Below, piece by piece: positions 28,779-38,771 of a stretch of 64,000 bases of DNA. This stretch comes from Armatimonadia bacterium (lineage in GTDB: Bacteria > Armatimonadota > Zipacnadia > Zipacnadales > UBA11051). The stretch covers positions 1 through 64,000 of the forward strand of contig JBDKRC010000243.1 in assembly GCA_039683575.1 (NCBI GenBank), given 5' to 3'. Within the stretch, counting starts at the first letter, position 1; each line of letters opens with the position of its first letter. Both the position numbers and the translations under genes were made by a program. The notes under the pieces are model-generated. The model was not told the origin of the DNA and made no database searches. It saw only the letters and a program-made list of their open reading frames with translations.

Positions 28779-29843
28779 ATGACGCGATATGGGATGTGGG
28801 GAGGTATTGCCTTAGTGTTGGCGGCCGCTTTCACGACCGCCGCTGCCTCGGCTGGTACGCTACTGTTCGAGCCAGCCGAACTCGCCAGCCTTGATGGCAA
28901 TGCTTGGTCCGGTATCACCTTCGGCCAGACCACGGCGCAAGACTTGCAGCGCATGTTCAGGCTTGGCAAATGCAAGGAGTGGCAGCATAGTACGCGCCTG
29001 CTGCGGCCCAAGGAGGATAGTACCCGTTACCTGGCCCTGTTCTCCGGGAAGGGAAAGCTCGCAACAGTCTCAAGCATCGTCGCCGTGTACGACGGCGCAA
29101 CCCTTACCTCGAGTTCTCTCTCTCAGGGGATGGGCCTTCAGCCTACGCGGCTTTGGCTCGCGAAGCGATACGAGAACTGGCACCTGGAACTGTATCAGGA
29201 CAAGGGAGCGCTTGCTTTCGTTTTCGGTGATGGCGACACTGCCTCGGTCGCCTGGCTGCTCCTCACTCGGTCTGCTGCCGCCGCCCAGGCCGTCTCAGCG
29301 CTCTCCAGGGAGGCGACGGCCGTGGAGGTCATCGTCGACCCATACGCTGGCAAACCGCGAGTGGCAGAGTTCGGCAACGTCTCTGCTAACTTCAACCTGA
29401 AGAATGTCGCCATGAAAGATGGAGAAAAGGAGCGTCTGGAGAACTCTCTTCGACAGGCGACGGCAGGCGGGGCCATGCGCTACCGAGCCGGGGCTCCCGG
29501 TTCTCTGACCGCAAACGTCAGCATTGCCTGGGACCGTGGCCGTGGTGGTAGCGTCTCCGTTACCTGCACCCTCGCCGGGGAATGCTGCGCTGGGTCCGTG
29601 AGAGCCGAAGGCTCGTCGTTCCAGATCCTGCCCAAGAACGACATGGCGATATGTGAAAATGCCTCCTTGTGGTACAGCATTGCCATTGCCGAGGCGATGA
29701 GCAAGCTCAGTGACAGTGTCAAAACTCAAGTGCCGCAGGCCCCACCCTCGGCAGCCGAGATGCGTGCACCCCAATGGAACCGTGTGGTCGAGGACGCGCG
29801 ACACGCGGTCATCCAGCTTCCTGCTCCGCAACCCAACCAGTAG
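28779..29843 (+). CDS. Secreted hypothetical protein
   Basis: SD GGGAGG; signal peptide ending ASA; long ORF followed by a terminator. Confidence 0.7.
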   Translation: MTRYGMWGGIALVLAAAFTTAAASAGTLLFEPAELASLDGNAWSGITFGQTTAQDLQRMFRLGKCKEWQHSTRLLRPKEDSTRYLALFSGKGKLATVSSIVAVYDGATLTSSSLSQGMGLQPTRLWLAKRYENWHLELYQDKGALAFVFGDGDTASVAWLLLTRSAAAAQAVSALSREATAVEVIVDPYAGKPRVAEFGNVSANFNLKNVAMKDGEKERLENSLRQATAGGAMRYRAGAPGSLTANVSIAWDRGRGGSVSVTCTLAGECCAGSVRAEGSSFQILPKNDMAICENASLWYSIAIAEAMSKLSDSVKTQVPQAPPSAAEMRAPQWNRVVEDARHAVIQLPAPQPNQ

Positions 29844-29854
29844 TATCTGAACCC

Positions 29855-29890
29855 AAAGCGGCGGGCACTTAATAGTGCCCGCCGCTGTTT
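29855..29890. terminator. Bidirectional terminator between convergent genes
   Basis: AGCGGCGGGCACT-TAAT-AGTGCCCGCCGCT. Confidence 0.8.
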
Positions 29891-29908
29891 CTGTGCCTGT
29901 TGGCTCGC

Positions 29909-30811
29909 CTATGCTACCGCCAGGACCTCCCTCAACCTCCGCTCAAACCCTTCCGCTTCCAGCACCTCCGCATGCTGTTTGGCCGCATATCGTAGCTCGC
30001 GGCCCCGCTGCGTAAGCCAGTCTATCGCTACTGACAGCCCCGGAGAAGTGCCTTCAGTCTGCTCCCACGCCTGCAGAAGCTCCCCCTCCACTTCCACATC
30101 GTGGACCTCACCCATCAACTCCTGCAACTCGCCGAGATGATCATAGACGATCTCCGTCTCGCCAGGCAGTATCCCCACGAACAGCTCCAGCGCGTACTTG
30201 AGCTTCTTTACCCGTATCCGCTGCCGGTGGAAAGCCGCCCCATCCACAGGGAAATGCACGATCTCCATGTTGTCCAGCACCGGATTCAGCCGCTCGTTGA
30301 TTGCGCTTGTAGCAAACTCCAGCAAGGTCATGCCGCCCGCCGGTGCCCGCGTGAGGGCCCCCATAGCCGCCTCGTAAGTCTTGACCATGCCGCGCCTGTG
30401 CAACTCGTCAAGCGCCGTCAGGAACTCACGGTGCCGCCGCGCGCGCTCCCGCTTGAGGTGAGCCACCAGCTTGGCAAGCGGCGTGGCTCGTGGATCGCGC
30501 CGCATGATGCGTTCGAACTGCTGGATCAGTACGTCGCGGTCGCGCACCAGCCCCAGCGCGTCATTGAGCTGTTCCGCAAAAGGCAACAGCGCGTCGCGGT
30601 GGCGGTCGGGCAGCACGAGCCGGAACACTCGCAAGGCCTCGCGCAGGCGCTTGCTCCCCACGCGCATGTCGTGGACGCCGTCAACGTCACCCGCGCGCGC
30701 CTCGGCCTCGTACGAGAGCGTCTCGGGCAGCTTGACCGCCAGGATTGCCGCTGCCGCCTGCGGCAGGGGCATCTCAGGCGTGAGTTGGTCCACGCACCAC
30801 GGCTTGGGCAT
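29909..30811 (-). CDS. CHAD domain protein (polyphosphate-binding family)
   Basis: VHDMRVGSKRLRE, LGLVRDRDV, HRQRIRVKKLKYALE, LQELMGEVHD. Confidence 0.92.
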   Translation of the reverse strand: MPKPWCVDQLTPEMPLPQAAAAILAVKLPETLSYEAEARAGDVDGVHDMRVGSKRLREALRVFRLVLPDRHRDALLPFAEQLNDALGLVRDRDVLIQQFERIMRRDPRATPLAKLVAHLKRERARRHREFLTALDELHRRGMVKTYEAAMGALTRAPAGGMTLLEFATSAINERLNPVLDNMEIVHFPVDGAAFHRQRIRVKKLKYALELFVGILPGETEIVYDHLGELQELMGEVHDVEVEGELLQAWEQTEGTSPGLSVAIDWLTQRGRELRYAAKQHAEVLEAEGFERRLREVLAVA

Positions 30812-30813
30812 CG

Positions 30814-33282
30814 TTACTCTCCAATGATCTGGTAGCTGCCGCCGCCCTTGCCGCCAAACTTGACCTGTCGGCTCGTGACCTCTGCCGCCTCCAGCGCGCC
30901 CGTGCACGTCACAACCGGCGGCGTCTTGAACGCCGGCGTCAGCGCCACCACCTCGCCCGGCATTGCCGTTCCCGTCAGTACCCGCTGCTGGTCCATATTG
31001 GAGCGCGTGTCGTAGGTGTACACTCCCAGCACGCCCACCGGCCCGTCCACTGCCTCGAGCCGCACGGTGTGCGCGCCGTAGCCCAGCTCCCTGATACCCT
31101 TGCGGTTCTCCAGGAACTGCTCCTTGCCGGCCTGGTCCTTGAACGCCACATTGGCGGGCACGCTCAGCCGCTCCTGGCCGTCCACCGTGATCTTCAGCGT
31201 CCCCGGATTCGCCGCGTCAACATACGCCACTGCCAGATCAGTGCCGACTGCCTGAATGGTCACAGCCTCCCCCGGCTGGAGCATCACTTGCTTGTCCCCA
31301 AACGGTGCTCCCCATGCGCTCTGGAAGGGCTCTACCTTCTTGGCGCCGAGCTGCCAGCGCGGGTTGTCCATGGCCAGGAACTGCCGGTTCGGGGCGATCT
31401 TGCAGTCGGCTGCCGTCAGCTTCGGCTCCGCCCCGCAAATCTCGAGGATATGCCGGTCACCCAGCGACAGCTTCCCATACGCAAAGAGCGAGTTGCGGAT
31501 GTCACGATTGGCCCCCGTTCGGCAGTCACGCTTCTTCTCGCCATCAATGAAGGCCACCGTCTTGGCATCCGCCGTGCTGCCCCAACAGTTCACCGTCGTA
31601 TCGTCCAGCACCATCATGTTCCCCACGATCCGCGGGTTCGGCGCCGTGTAGGTGACGATTTCGCCCTCCCAGCCATAGCTGGTCGGGTACAGCCGCCGCG
31701 GCAGCGTCTTCTGCGCGATCCCAGGTGCGATGGGGTCCGCAACCTCAAACGCCTCTTCCAGTGACTTGAACCAGACATAGTGCCCGGCCGCCTGTGGGTG
31801 CCCGTCAGACGGGCAGAGAGCATAGCGGTTCGCGTAGTTCATGAGCTGGTCAATGCGGTTGCCCATGTCCATGAAGGGGATCTGGTAGTTCAGTGCCAGC
31901 TCCATCAAATGCCCGGTGTTCGGCGTATACCCTCGCATATTCTGCCACTGGCAGAAGATGAACTCGGTCTCGGGGTAGTTCCGCTGGAACCAGCGGATCG
32001 TCGCCTCAAAGATCGCGCCTTCATCCGGCTGGTCGGTCTTCTCATTGGCGCCACTGCCAAACAGCACAAGGTCCGGTGCAGGGCCCTGGGGCCGCGTGAA
32101 CAGCGCCGGGTACATCTCCTGCCAGGTCTTGCCCGCTGGCTGCCCGTTGACCTCAGGGCTCGGCGGCAGGCTAAGCGTCGCATACGCCTCTAGCCCGGAG
32201 GTAGCCTCAGATATGCACGATCCGTCGCAGGCCATGTAGTTGAGCAGCAACTTGTCTGGTGTGTAGTTGAACTTCCGAAGAAGCTCCGTTCGCAGCCGCC
32301 CGCCCCACGCGAAGTAATGCCGCCACTGTCCCACCGTCGCCGTCAGGTCGGGCCGCCCCACGACGTCCCCATTGAAGAGGTCGCCAGCGATTGGCTGCTT
32401 GAACTTCGGTGACGCCGGGTCCTCGTCGTACGCATAGAGTGGCGGGTTGGCGCTGCCGCGGTCAATGCTCGATCCCATCAGGATGATGTGCAGCGGCTCG
32501 CCGCGCCACAGCTTGCGCATCGTGCGCGGGATCATCCGGTATGCCGTCGGAGGCTGGCGCATCTCCTGGAGCCCTGGTGGCGGCGCCGTGGCGCCCTTGG
32601 CCAGCGACGGTGCGTAGATCGTGACCTCGGTGTCCTTGGAGACGTTCGTGAACTCGACCATCAACGCAATCGAGTTGGTCTGGTCATCCCCGGACTCATT
32701 CTTATGTATGAAGCTGCCCGGTATCGCGCAGTTCTCAACCTTGATCTGGAAATCGCCATTGGCCGTTCCCGACTTCGCCTGATAGGACGCCGCCTTCACG
32801 AGCTCCCCGCGCGAGTGCTTCGGAAACTCGCGCTGGTCGGCCTGGCCAAAGTCGCTCGGCTTCCACTTCCCGGTCTGGCTGTCAATCTTCAGCACATGCA
32901 CGGCCGCCTGCAGGCTCTCTGGAGCCTTCTGCTGCCCATAGACCGACAGGCTCACCACGTCTCCGTGCCGCAGGCCGACCTCCGGCAGGAAGATAACCTG
33001 GTTCATCCGCTTGCCCGGCTTGAGGGATACTACATTACGAGCAAACGTCTGCAGCTTGAGCCCCTCGGCATGCGGCGCCGAGATCACCGTCAAGTCGCTA
33101 TAGGCGTCTGCGTCCCAACAGGCCACATATCCGGCCTTCCACGACGTCGCGGTCGCGGTGCGGCTGTTGTCGAAACAGTGAAAATCGAAATTCGGGTTCA
33201 CCAGCAAATTCATGGGCGTCTGAGCCTCCAACGCGGCAACGCTAAAAACCAACAGCACGATCAAAGCAAGCTTGGTAGCCAT
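30814..33282 (-). CDS. Secreted SGNH/GDSL-hydrolase-like multidomain protein
   Basis: Signal peptide from MATKLAL (SD GAGG); IILMGSSI, GSGANE, DGHP blocks. Confidence 0.7.
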   Translation of the reverse strand: MATKLALIVLLVFSVAALEAQTPMNLLVNPNFDFHCFDNSRTATATSWKAGYVACWDADAYSDLTVISAPHAEGLKLQTFARNVVSLKPGKRMNQVIFLPEVGLRHGDVVSLSVYGQQKAPESLQAAVHVLKIDSQTGKWKPSDFGQADQREFPKHSRGELVKAASYQAKSGTANGDFQIKVENCAIPGSFIHKNESGDDQTNSIALMVEFTNVSKDTEVTIYAPSLAKGATAPPPGLQEMRQPPTAYRMIPRTMRKLWRGEPLHIILMGSSIDRGSANPPLYAYDEDPASPKFKQPIAGDLFNGDVVGRPDLTATVGQWRHYFAWGGRLRTELLRKFNYTPDKLLLNYMACDGSCISEATSGLEAYATLSLPPSPEVNGQPAGKTWQEMYPALFTRPQGPAPDLVLFGSGANEKTDQPDEGAIFEATIRWFQRNYPETEFIFCQWQNMRGYTPNTGHLMELALNYQIPFMDMGNRIDQLMNYANRYALCPSDGHPQAAGHYVWFKSLEEAFEVADPIAPGIAQKTLPRRLYPTSYGWEGEIVTYTAPNPRIVGNMMVLDDTTVNCWGSTADAKTVAFIDGEKKRDCRTGANRDIRNSLFAYGKLSLGDRHILEICGAEPKLTAADCKIAPNRQFLAMDNPRWQLGAKKVEPFQSAWGAPFGDKQVMLQPGEAVTIQAVGTDLAVAYVDAANPGTLKITVDGQERLSVPANVAFKDQAGKEQFLENRKGIRELGYGAHTVRLEAVDGPVGVLGVYTYDTRSNMDQQRVLTGTAMPGEVVALTPAFKTPPVVTCTGALEAAEVTSRQVKFGGKGGGSYQIIGE

Positions 33283-33367
33283 TCCTGGAACCTCAAAGAA
33301 GAATTGTCGCCAGACTCTTCGCCGCCCCAGCATCCAAAGCCTCTCCCGCCAGACACGCACACTATCC

Positions 33368-33450
33368 CGCGTGGTAGGCACACTCCGTGTGCCGGAACTT
33401 GGTAGCGTGCCCAGAGGGTGTTCCGGCACACGGAGTGTGCCTACCACGCG
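33368..33450. repeat. REPIN-like pair: two inverted GTAG-type REP units (family B)
   Basis: Perfect 31-bp inverted arms CGCGTGGTAGGCACACTCCGTGTGCCGGAAC with a 21-nt spacer; each arm is itself a hairpin. Confidence 0.9.
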
Positions 33451-33473
33451 ACAAGGGACACTTCACGAATGCT

Positions 33474-35285
33474 CTACGACTTGTCCATCACCGGCAGCAG
33501 GATACACGATTCCCTCCCCCTGCAGTGCCATACCACATTCTCAGCCACCCGCATCCGCCTGTCCACACCTAGGGTGCCTCCGGTGTTCGGGTTCACATCA
33601 AAGCGCGGGTAGTTGCTGCTCGACACATCCACCCTGATTCGGTGGCCCTTGACGAACCGGTTCGCGGTCGGGTACAGCTCAAAGCTGATCCCATAGACCC
33701 TACCCGGCTCCGCCAGCGCCTCTTGCTCGAAGCCGTCGCGGAACCGCAGCCGCAGGATGCTGTCGGCGATGTTCAGTGCGCACCCGTCCGGATAGTTCGG
33801 CCCCGGCGGGTACACATCAATGAGCTTGGCTGTGAAGTCCGTATCCAGCCCGTCTGTCTGCACATAGAGCTTCACCACCAGCGGCCCGGCGATCACGACG
33901 TCCTCTTCCAGCGCTGGCGTCTGGAAACAAAGCACATCCTGGCGGGCTGATAGGGGCAGCGTCCCTTTGGTGAAGGGGAACCGTGGGTCGTTGCGCTGAT
34001 CAAACCCGCCCGGCTGGATCGGCAAAGCCGACAGATTGCCGCCGATGGTCGGCACCGGGTCGCTGGGGTCAAACAGATAGGTCGTCTTGTCATCCTCAGC
34101 CGTCGGCGGCTTGGTGGACAGCTCGCCGTTGCCATGCAGGTAGTAAGCCGTCTCCGTAGCTCCCGGTGGCGGCCAGCTTGCCGCCGTCCGCCATTCCCCT
34201 CCGTGCTCAATCGTCTTCCCGATGGCCTGCATGCCCTCGCCGCCGCCCATGACGAAGTACCGCACCGGCGGCGTCTCGTCGATGCCGGTCGGCAGGTCTT
34301 TCAGGAAGCGGTCAAACCACTGCAGCCTCAGGGTCTCATGGTGCGGAATGGCCCCCTGCGGCCCAAAGGCCAGGTCTCCCGCCGATGGCACGCCGATGCC
34401 GCCATGGTGCCACGGCCCCATCATCAGGCGTACCGGCGACTTTTGCCGCTTGCTCATCGCCATGTAGTTCGTAACCGTCGCTCGGGTGTAGGTGTCATAC
34501 CAGCCGCCCAGGTACAGCGTCGGCACGTCCGCATGTTGGTCATACCATGGCTGGGGCCCATAGCCGGGCTGCTGCCAGTACTCGTCGTAGACTACCTTGG
34601 TGAGCAGGTCCAGACACCAGCGTTCATACGACGGCACGAGCCTCAGGGGCGTCTCGCCCTCACGGATTGGCTGCGCCCGCACCCAGTCCCAGGTGTTGGC
34701 TGCCGCCTCATCCGCCGCGGCCTTGATGTTGCAGTCCGCCTGGGCCTCCCGGCTCGTGGTCAGCATGCCGAAGGCGTATACAAAGAAACGCTGTTCCAGC
34801 GCGCCGTTATGCCGCATGGAGTGATGATAGTAGCTCGACGGCCCGTAGGTCGGGATCATGGCAGCCAGATGCGGCGGGTTCAGCGAGGCCAGCGCCGTCT
34901 GTACCGCCGCCTCGTAGGACTGGCCACAAGTCCCTATCCGCCCATTGCACCACGGCTGGGCGGCCAGCCACTCAACGGTGTCATACCCATCCGGGCCCTC
35001 ATGGGCAAAGGCGTAGAATTCGCCTTCTGACGCCCAGCGCCCCCGGACGTCCTGCGCGGCGAACACGTATCCGCGCTGGGCATAGAAGGCCCCCGTCGCG
35101 GCATGGTTGCGCTTGTCATAGGGCGTCCGCAGCAGCACTACCGGAAACTCTCCCGCGAGCGCCTTCCCATCACGCGCGGGCCGGTACAGGTCAACGGCCA
35201 ACCTGACCCCATCACGCAAGGGCATCATGACATTGCTCTCGGCAATCGACTCAAACTCCGGCGCTGAACAGACGATCTCTGACAT
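33474..35285 (-). CDS. CocE/NonD family hydrolase
   Basis: RDGVRLAVDLYRP, RTPY, QDVRGRWASEG, GQSYE, GPWHH, SSSNYPRFDVNPNTG. Confidence 0.95.
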   Translation of the reverse strand: MSEIVCSAPEFESIAESNVMMPLRDGVRLAVDLYRPARDGKALAGEFPVVLLRTPYDKRNHAATGAFYAQRGYVFAAQDVRGRWASEGEFYAFAHEGPDGYDTVEWLAAQPWCNGRIGTCGQSYEAAVQTALASLNPPHLAAMIPTYGPSSYYHHSMRHNGALEQRFFVYAFGMLTTSREAQADCNIKAAADEAAANTWDWVRAQPIREGETPLRLVPSYERWCLDLLTKVVYDEYWQQPGYGPQPWYDQHADVPTLYLGGWYDTYTRATVTNYMAMSKRQKSPVRLMMGPWHHGGIGVPSAGDLAFGPQGAIPHHETLRLQWFDRFLKDLPTGIDETPPVRYFVMGGGEGMQAIGKTIEHGGEWRTAASWPPPGATETAYYLHGNGELSTKPPTAEDDKTTYLFDPSDPVPTIGGNLSALPIQPGGFDQRNDPRFPFTKGTLPLSARQDVLCFQTPALEEDVVIAGPLVVKLYVQTDGLDTDFTAKLIDVYPPGPNYPDGCALNIADSILRLRFRDGFEQEALAEPGRVYGISFELYPTANRFVKGHRIRVDVSSSNYPRFDVNPNTGGTLGVDRRMRVAENVVWHCRGRESCILLPVMDKS

Positions 35286-35372
35286 GGCCTCTCCCTCTCT
35301 TGCCACGAATCCCACTCCTCCCTCGCCGCATCCTCCCCATCCCGCCGTCATCCTGCCCATCCTGACAAGCAC

Positions 35373-37397
35373 TTACACCAGATCCACATCCAGGGCAATC
35401 ATCCCTCGCGGCGGTACTCGCACATCCAGGTACTGTCCCTGTGGGTAGATGGGCTTGCCCGGGAAATGCCCCGCGATCCTCACCCCCGCCACCTCTCGCC
35501 GCATGTCCACCTTGTCGAGCACATAGAAATGCGCCTCATTCCCCACCATCAGGCGCACTGTCTTCTCCCCCGTCTCCAGCGCCAGCACTCGCAGGTCTTC
35601 CCGCTTGCTCATCACTACCGGCGCCTGGGTCAGCTCCGTCAGCACGTCCACACACGCCTGCAGGAAGTCATCACTCACCGGCCGGAGGTACAGTTCGTAG
35701 AGGTAATTCCCCGGCTCAGGCATGTCCTCCGGGAGGCTCTCTTCGTCCACCGCGTCAATCACCGGCAGCTTCATCTCTCCGCCACCTAGCACCCCGCAAG
35801 CCAACTGCTCCGCCCCCTCACCCTCCGCAAAGGTCTCGACGCCGTTCGGCATCGCCCCCTGCCGCCCGATCATCACCACCGGCCCCCGGTCATACGCCAT
35901 GACCGCCGCCAACTCCTCCTGCGCCAGAAGCTCTGGCCGCGGCACCAGCAGGCACCCGCTCACCTCCCCGAGATCCCGCACATTCGCCACCACCTGCAGC
36001 GGCGCCCCGCGCTTCTGCAATTGCCCCGCGATTTTGTGCGGCGTCAGGTTTCGGTGCTCCATGTAATCCTCAAATCCTGCCTCCAACGCCGCCTCCGACC
36101 AAACCACGGTCGCCCCCAGCGGCCGCGTGGGCTGCGCCTCGTACGCCACCTGCCAGTTCTCCCGCAGCCACTTCCACTGCTCCCTCGTGATGCCGTCTGC
36201 CAGACACACCAGCGGTCCTGCCGATGCATGCTGCAGTGTGGGCCGGCTGAAGCTCGGCCCCTCCGGCGGCGCCACCACATACATGTGCCCCAGAGTGTAT
36301 ATCTCACGCTCACTGACCGCTGGCGCGTGGTTGAGTACGTCCCAGTTCTCGGTGGTATCGCCCGTCCCGTTGAGACAAAGCACTGGCGTCTCCGGCAAAC
36401 AAGCCTTCATGAAGGCCGGCGCGAAGTTCAGATCGTGCCTCTGATCGATCCGTATCCCGCTCTCCGCCCCAATGGAGCCGCCCGCCCCCACGGTCTCGGC
36501 CACAAACCCGTCTACCCCTGCCTTCACCAGCCTCCGGTAGTCCACCCCGTACCGGTATAGCGCCCCAAACGGCTCCTGCGTCCAGGCATTGTTGAGCACT
36601 ACCTCCCGCCCCATGTCATGCAGCGCCCGGCATATCCTCCCCCAGAACTCCCCAAATCGCCGCGCGTAGAACTCGCACCACTCATGCCGCAGGTTTCTCC
36701 AGATATGGTCTGCGCGCTCCTCCCTCGCAGCGGGCGAGACGCCCGCACTACGCGCCGCAAATGGCAACTCCACTCCCATCATCGCCACGAACTGCTCCAC
36801 CATGTCATCCGAGTAGTCGGCCACCCAGATCGGCTGTCGAGGGCTGCTGAACCCGTCCCCGCCGTGATAGCCGTCGAATCCGTAGTCCAGCATCACCGCC
36901 GCCACTCGCTCGGCGTAGAAATCCTCGTAGTAGCTCCCATCTGCAAAGCGCTTCAGGGGGTTCAGGCAATGCGAAGCCGCACCGTCGGCCCGCTCTTCGC
37001 AAAGCTCCGGATGCTCGCTGCTCCACGGGCTGCGGTAGAGCTCCCCGTCCACGAGGCTAACAAACGTATTGAAGACACAGAAGAAGACCTTGATGCCGCG
37101 CCGCTGCAACCCTTCAACGAGCCCCTTAAGCTGCCAGTTGGTCCACTGCTGCCGCTGTCGGTCAAGGTTGTAGGGCCGCCCGGCATACGAGCAGTAGTCA
37201 GGCGGGAAAGCCACCTCTTGTTCAAGCCCGTCATGCGTATGCACGAAATCGGGGCTGTATACGAACAGTGACAGCCCCTCCGGCACAAACCCAGAGTTGT
37301 CCAGGAACGCCGCGACGCCATAGTCCGCGGCTTCACTATCAAAACCGATCAGCTCGATCCACATCCAGCGCTCGCAGTTGGGCTTGATCTCGCTCAT
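35373..37397 (-). CDS. Hypothetical protein (possible TIM-barrel glycoside hydrolase-like) carrying two in-frame REP-like inserts
   Basis: 674-aa ORF; YGFDGYHGGD; inserts at 36240-36265 and 36730-36754. Confidence 0.75.
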   Translation of the reverse strand: MSEIKPNCERWMWIELIGFDSEAADYGVAAFLDNSGFVPEGLSLFVYSPDFVHTHDGLEQEVAFPPDYCSYAGRPYNLDRQRQQWTNWQLKGLVEGLQRRGIKVFFCVFNTFVSLVDGELYRSPWSSEHPELCEERADGAASHCLNPLKRFADGSYYEDFYAERVAAVMLDYGFDGYHGGDGFSSPRQPIWVADYSDDMVEQFVAMMGVELPFAARSAGVSPAAREERADHIWRNLRHEWCEFYARRFGEFWGRICRALHDMGREVVLNNAWTQEPFGALYRYGVDYRRLVKAGVDGFVAETVGAGGSIGAESGIRIDQRHDLNFAPAFMKACLPETPVLCLNGTGDTTENWDVLNHAPAVSEREIYTLGHMYVVAPPEGPSFSRPTLQHASAGPLVCLADGITREQWKWLRENWQVAYEAQPTRPLGATVVWSEAALEAGFEDYMEHRNLTPHKIAGQLQKRGAPLQVVANVRDLGEVSGCLLVPRPELLAQEELAAVMAYDRGPVVMIGRQGAMPNGVETFAEGEGAEQLACGVLGGGEMKLPVIDAVDEESLPEDMPEPGNYLYELYLRPVSDDFLQACVDVLTELTQAPVVMSKREDLRVLALETGEKTVRLMVGNEAHFYVLDKVDMRREVAGVRIAGHFPGKPIYPQGQYLDVRVPPRGMIALDVDLV
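36240..36265. repeat. GGAG-type REP-like palindrome, family C (also 54731-54756)
   Basis: GGGCCGGCT(G/A)AAGCTCGGCCCCTCCG, 25/26 identical; both copies intragenic. Confidence 0.8.
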
Positions 37398-37563
37398 GGC
37401 TGGCCTCGATGTCTCACAAAGATAAGCCCGGCATCGCTGCCGGGCACATGACTCCGCAGTGGGACGGGCTATACTACGACAACGTGACCTTCAACTCCTG
37501 CCCCGCAGAAATAATGATCGGCTGTACCATGGCCTCCCCGGGCGGCCACCTGTGCTCTGACGC

Positions 37564-37604
37564 AAAAAAGCAGGCGGCACCTGATGGTCATGTGCCGCCT
37601 GCTT
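37564..37604 (-). terminator. Intrinsic terminator
   Basis: AAGCAGGCGGCAC/GTGCCGCCTGCTT stem with a 6-T run on the minus strand. Confidence 0.8.
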
Positions 37605-37644
37605 GAGGATCAGACCTTGCTGCTGTTCCCACCGTTATTCCGGC

Positions 37645-38634
37645 TTACTTCCTCCGGGTCTCCATCGTCATCTGCGCGTTCTCGATGCTGGCCGGAATGT
37701 GCATCTCCTGGCCGGCCATGGCCGCCGGTACGGTCAGCATCATCTGCATGTTCTGACAGAGGTTCATCTCGCTGACCGCCACCACGCCAGCCTCAATGTC
37801 GAAGTGGTTCACAAACGCCAACGCCACGTCCAGGCTCGTGATGTTCACATTCACCGGCATGCCCATCGCTGCGCCGCCGGGCATCTGGCCCTGCGCAGTG
37901 AGGCGCGCCTGGCCCTCAATCTTGGCCATCCGGCGGCCCTCGACGACCTCGAACCCCGCCAGCTTCATCGTGCTCGCCCCGGTCATGGTCGCCTCGCCCA
38001 GCTTAGCCTCGTCCTTGAGCTCCCACGTGTCTCCGACCTTCACCGCCTGCTCTGGTAGCGCCGAGGTCAGCGCGCCGAGCTTACCGAAGTCAACGCCACC
38101 CAGACCGGACGGGTTGAACATCGCGGCCATGGCTTTGGCCGTCTCGGGGTCCGGTGTGGTTTTGCCCAGTGGGTCCATCGTCATCTTCATCGTCTGCGAC
38201 AGCATCTGCTGCATCTTCTTCATGTTCTCATCCAGCGGCTGCACCTGCCCGTTGACCGTCGTGCAGACCGCTCCGTCCTTCCAGGAGACAACCACCTCGG
38301 TCGGCTGCCCCATCACCTGCATCGTGGTCCGGATGGTCATGCAGGGCATCGTCTGCTCGAAATGCCCGCCCTGCGCATCCACGCTCGCGGTCTTTTGCAT
38401 CATGTCCATTGTCATGTCCATGATGATGTCAAAGGCCATGTTCGCCCCGCCCGCTTCAGGGCCGGGGGTGATCGACATCGGCATCGTCCCCGTCCCCTTC
38501 ATCGCAAGCTCAGCCGTCTGTCCCGGCACGAACTTGTAGCGCAGAGTCACTGCCTCATCCTGCGCCCAAACCCCCGTCGCCGTCAGCGCCAACAGCAATA
38601 CCACCAGCGTGGACAGTCTGCCAGAATGCCTCAT
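37645..38634 (-). CDS. Secreted Met-rich hypothetical protein (DUF6263-like)
   Basis: Signal peptide; VTLRYKF.PG; LPEQAVKVGDTW. Confidence 0.75.
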   Translation of the reverse strand: MRHSGRLSTLVVLLLALTATGVWAQDEAVTLRYKFVPGQTAELAMKGTGTMPMSITPGPEAGGANMAFDIIMDMTMDMMQKTASVDAQGGHFEQTMPCMTIRTTMQVMGQPTEVVVSWKDGAVCTTVNGQVQPLDENMKKMQQMLSQTMKMTMDPLGKTTPDPETAKAMAAMFNPSGLGGVDFGKLGALTSALPEQAVKVGDTWELKDEAKLGEATMTGASTMKLAGFEVVEGRRMAKIEGQARLTAQGQMPGGAAMGMPVNVNITSLDVALAFVNHFDIEAGVVAVSEMNLCQNMQMMLTVPAAMAGQEMHIPASIENAQMTMETRRK

Positions 38635-38771
38635 AAGATCCTCCCTATGCGGATCGTGGATACCTTCACCCAGCGGGCAACAACCGATCTCGGCGGCCGT
38701 TGCCGTTCGCCGTCTCTGGAACCTGGGCCCTGTAGCCTGAGCCCCGACAAGATGAAGATGATCCTTAGACA

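Noticed and set aside
33283-33447. Extended N-terminus of the 30814-33447 ORF
   Set aside because: It is translated REPIN sequence; the signal peptide and SD indicate a start at 33282.
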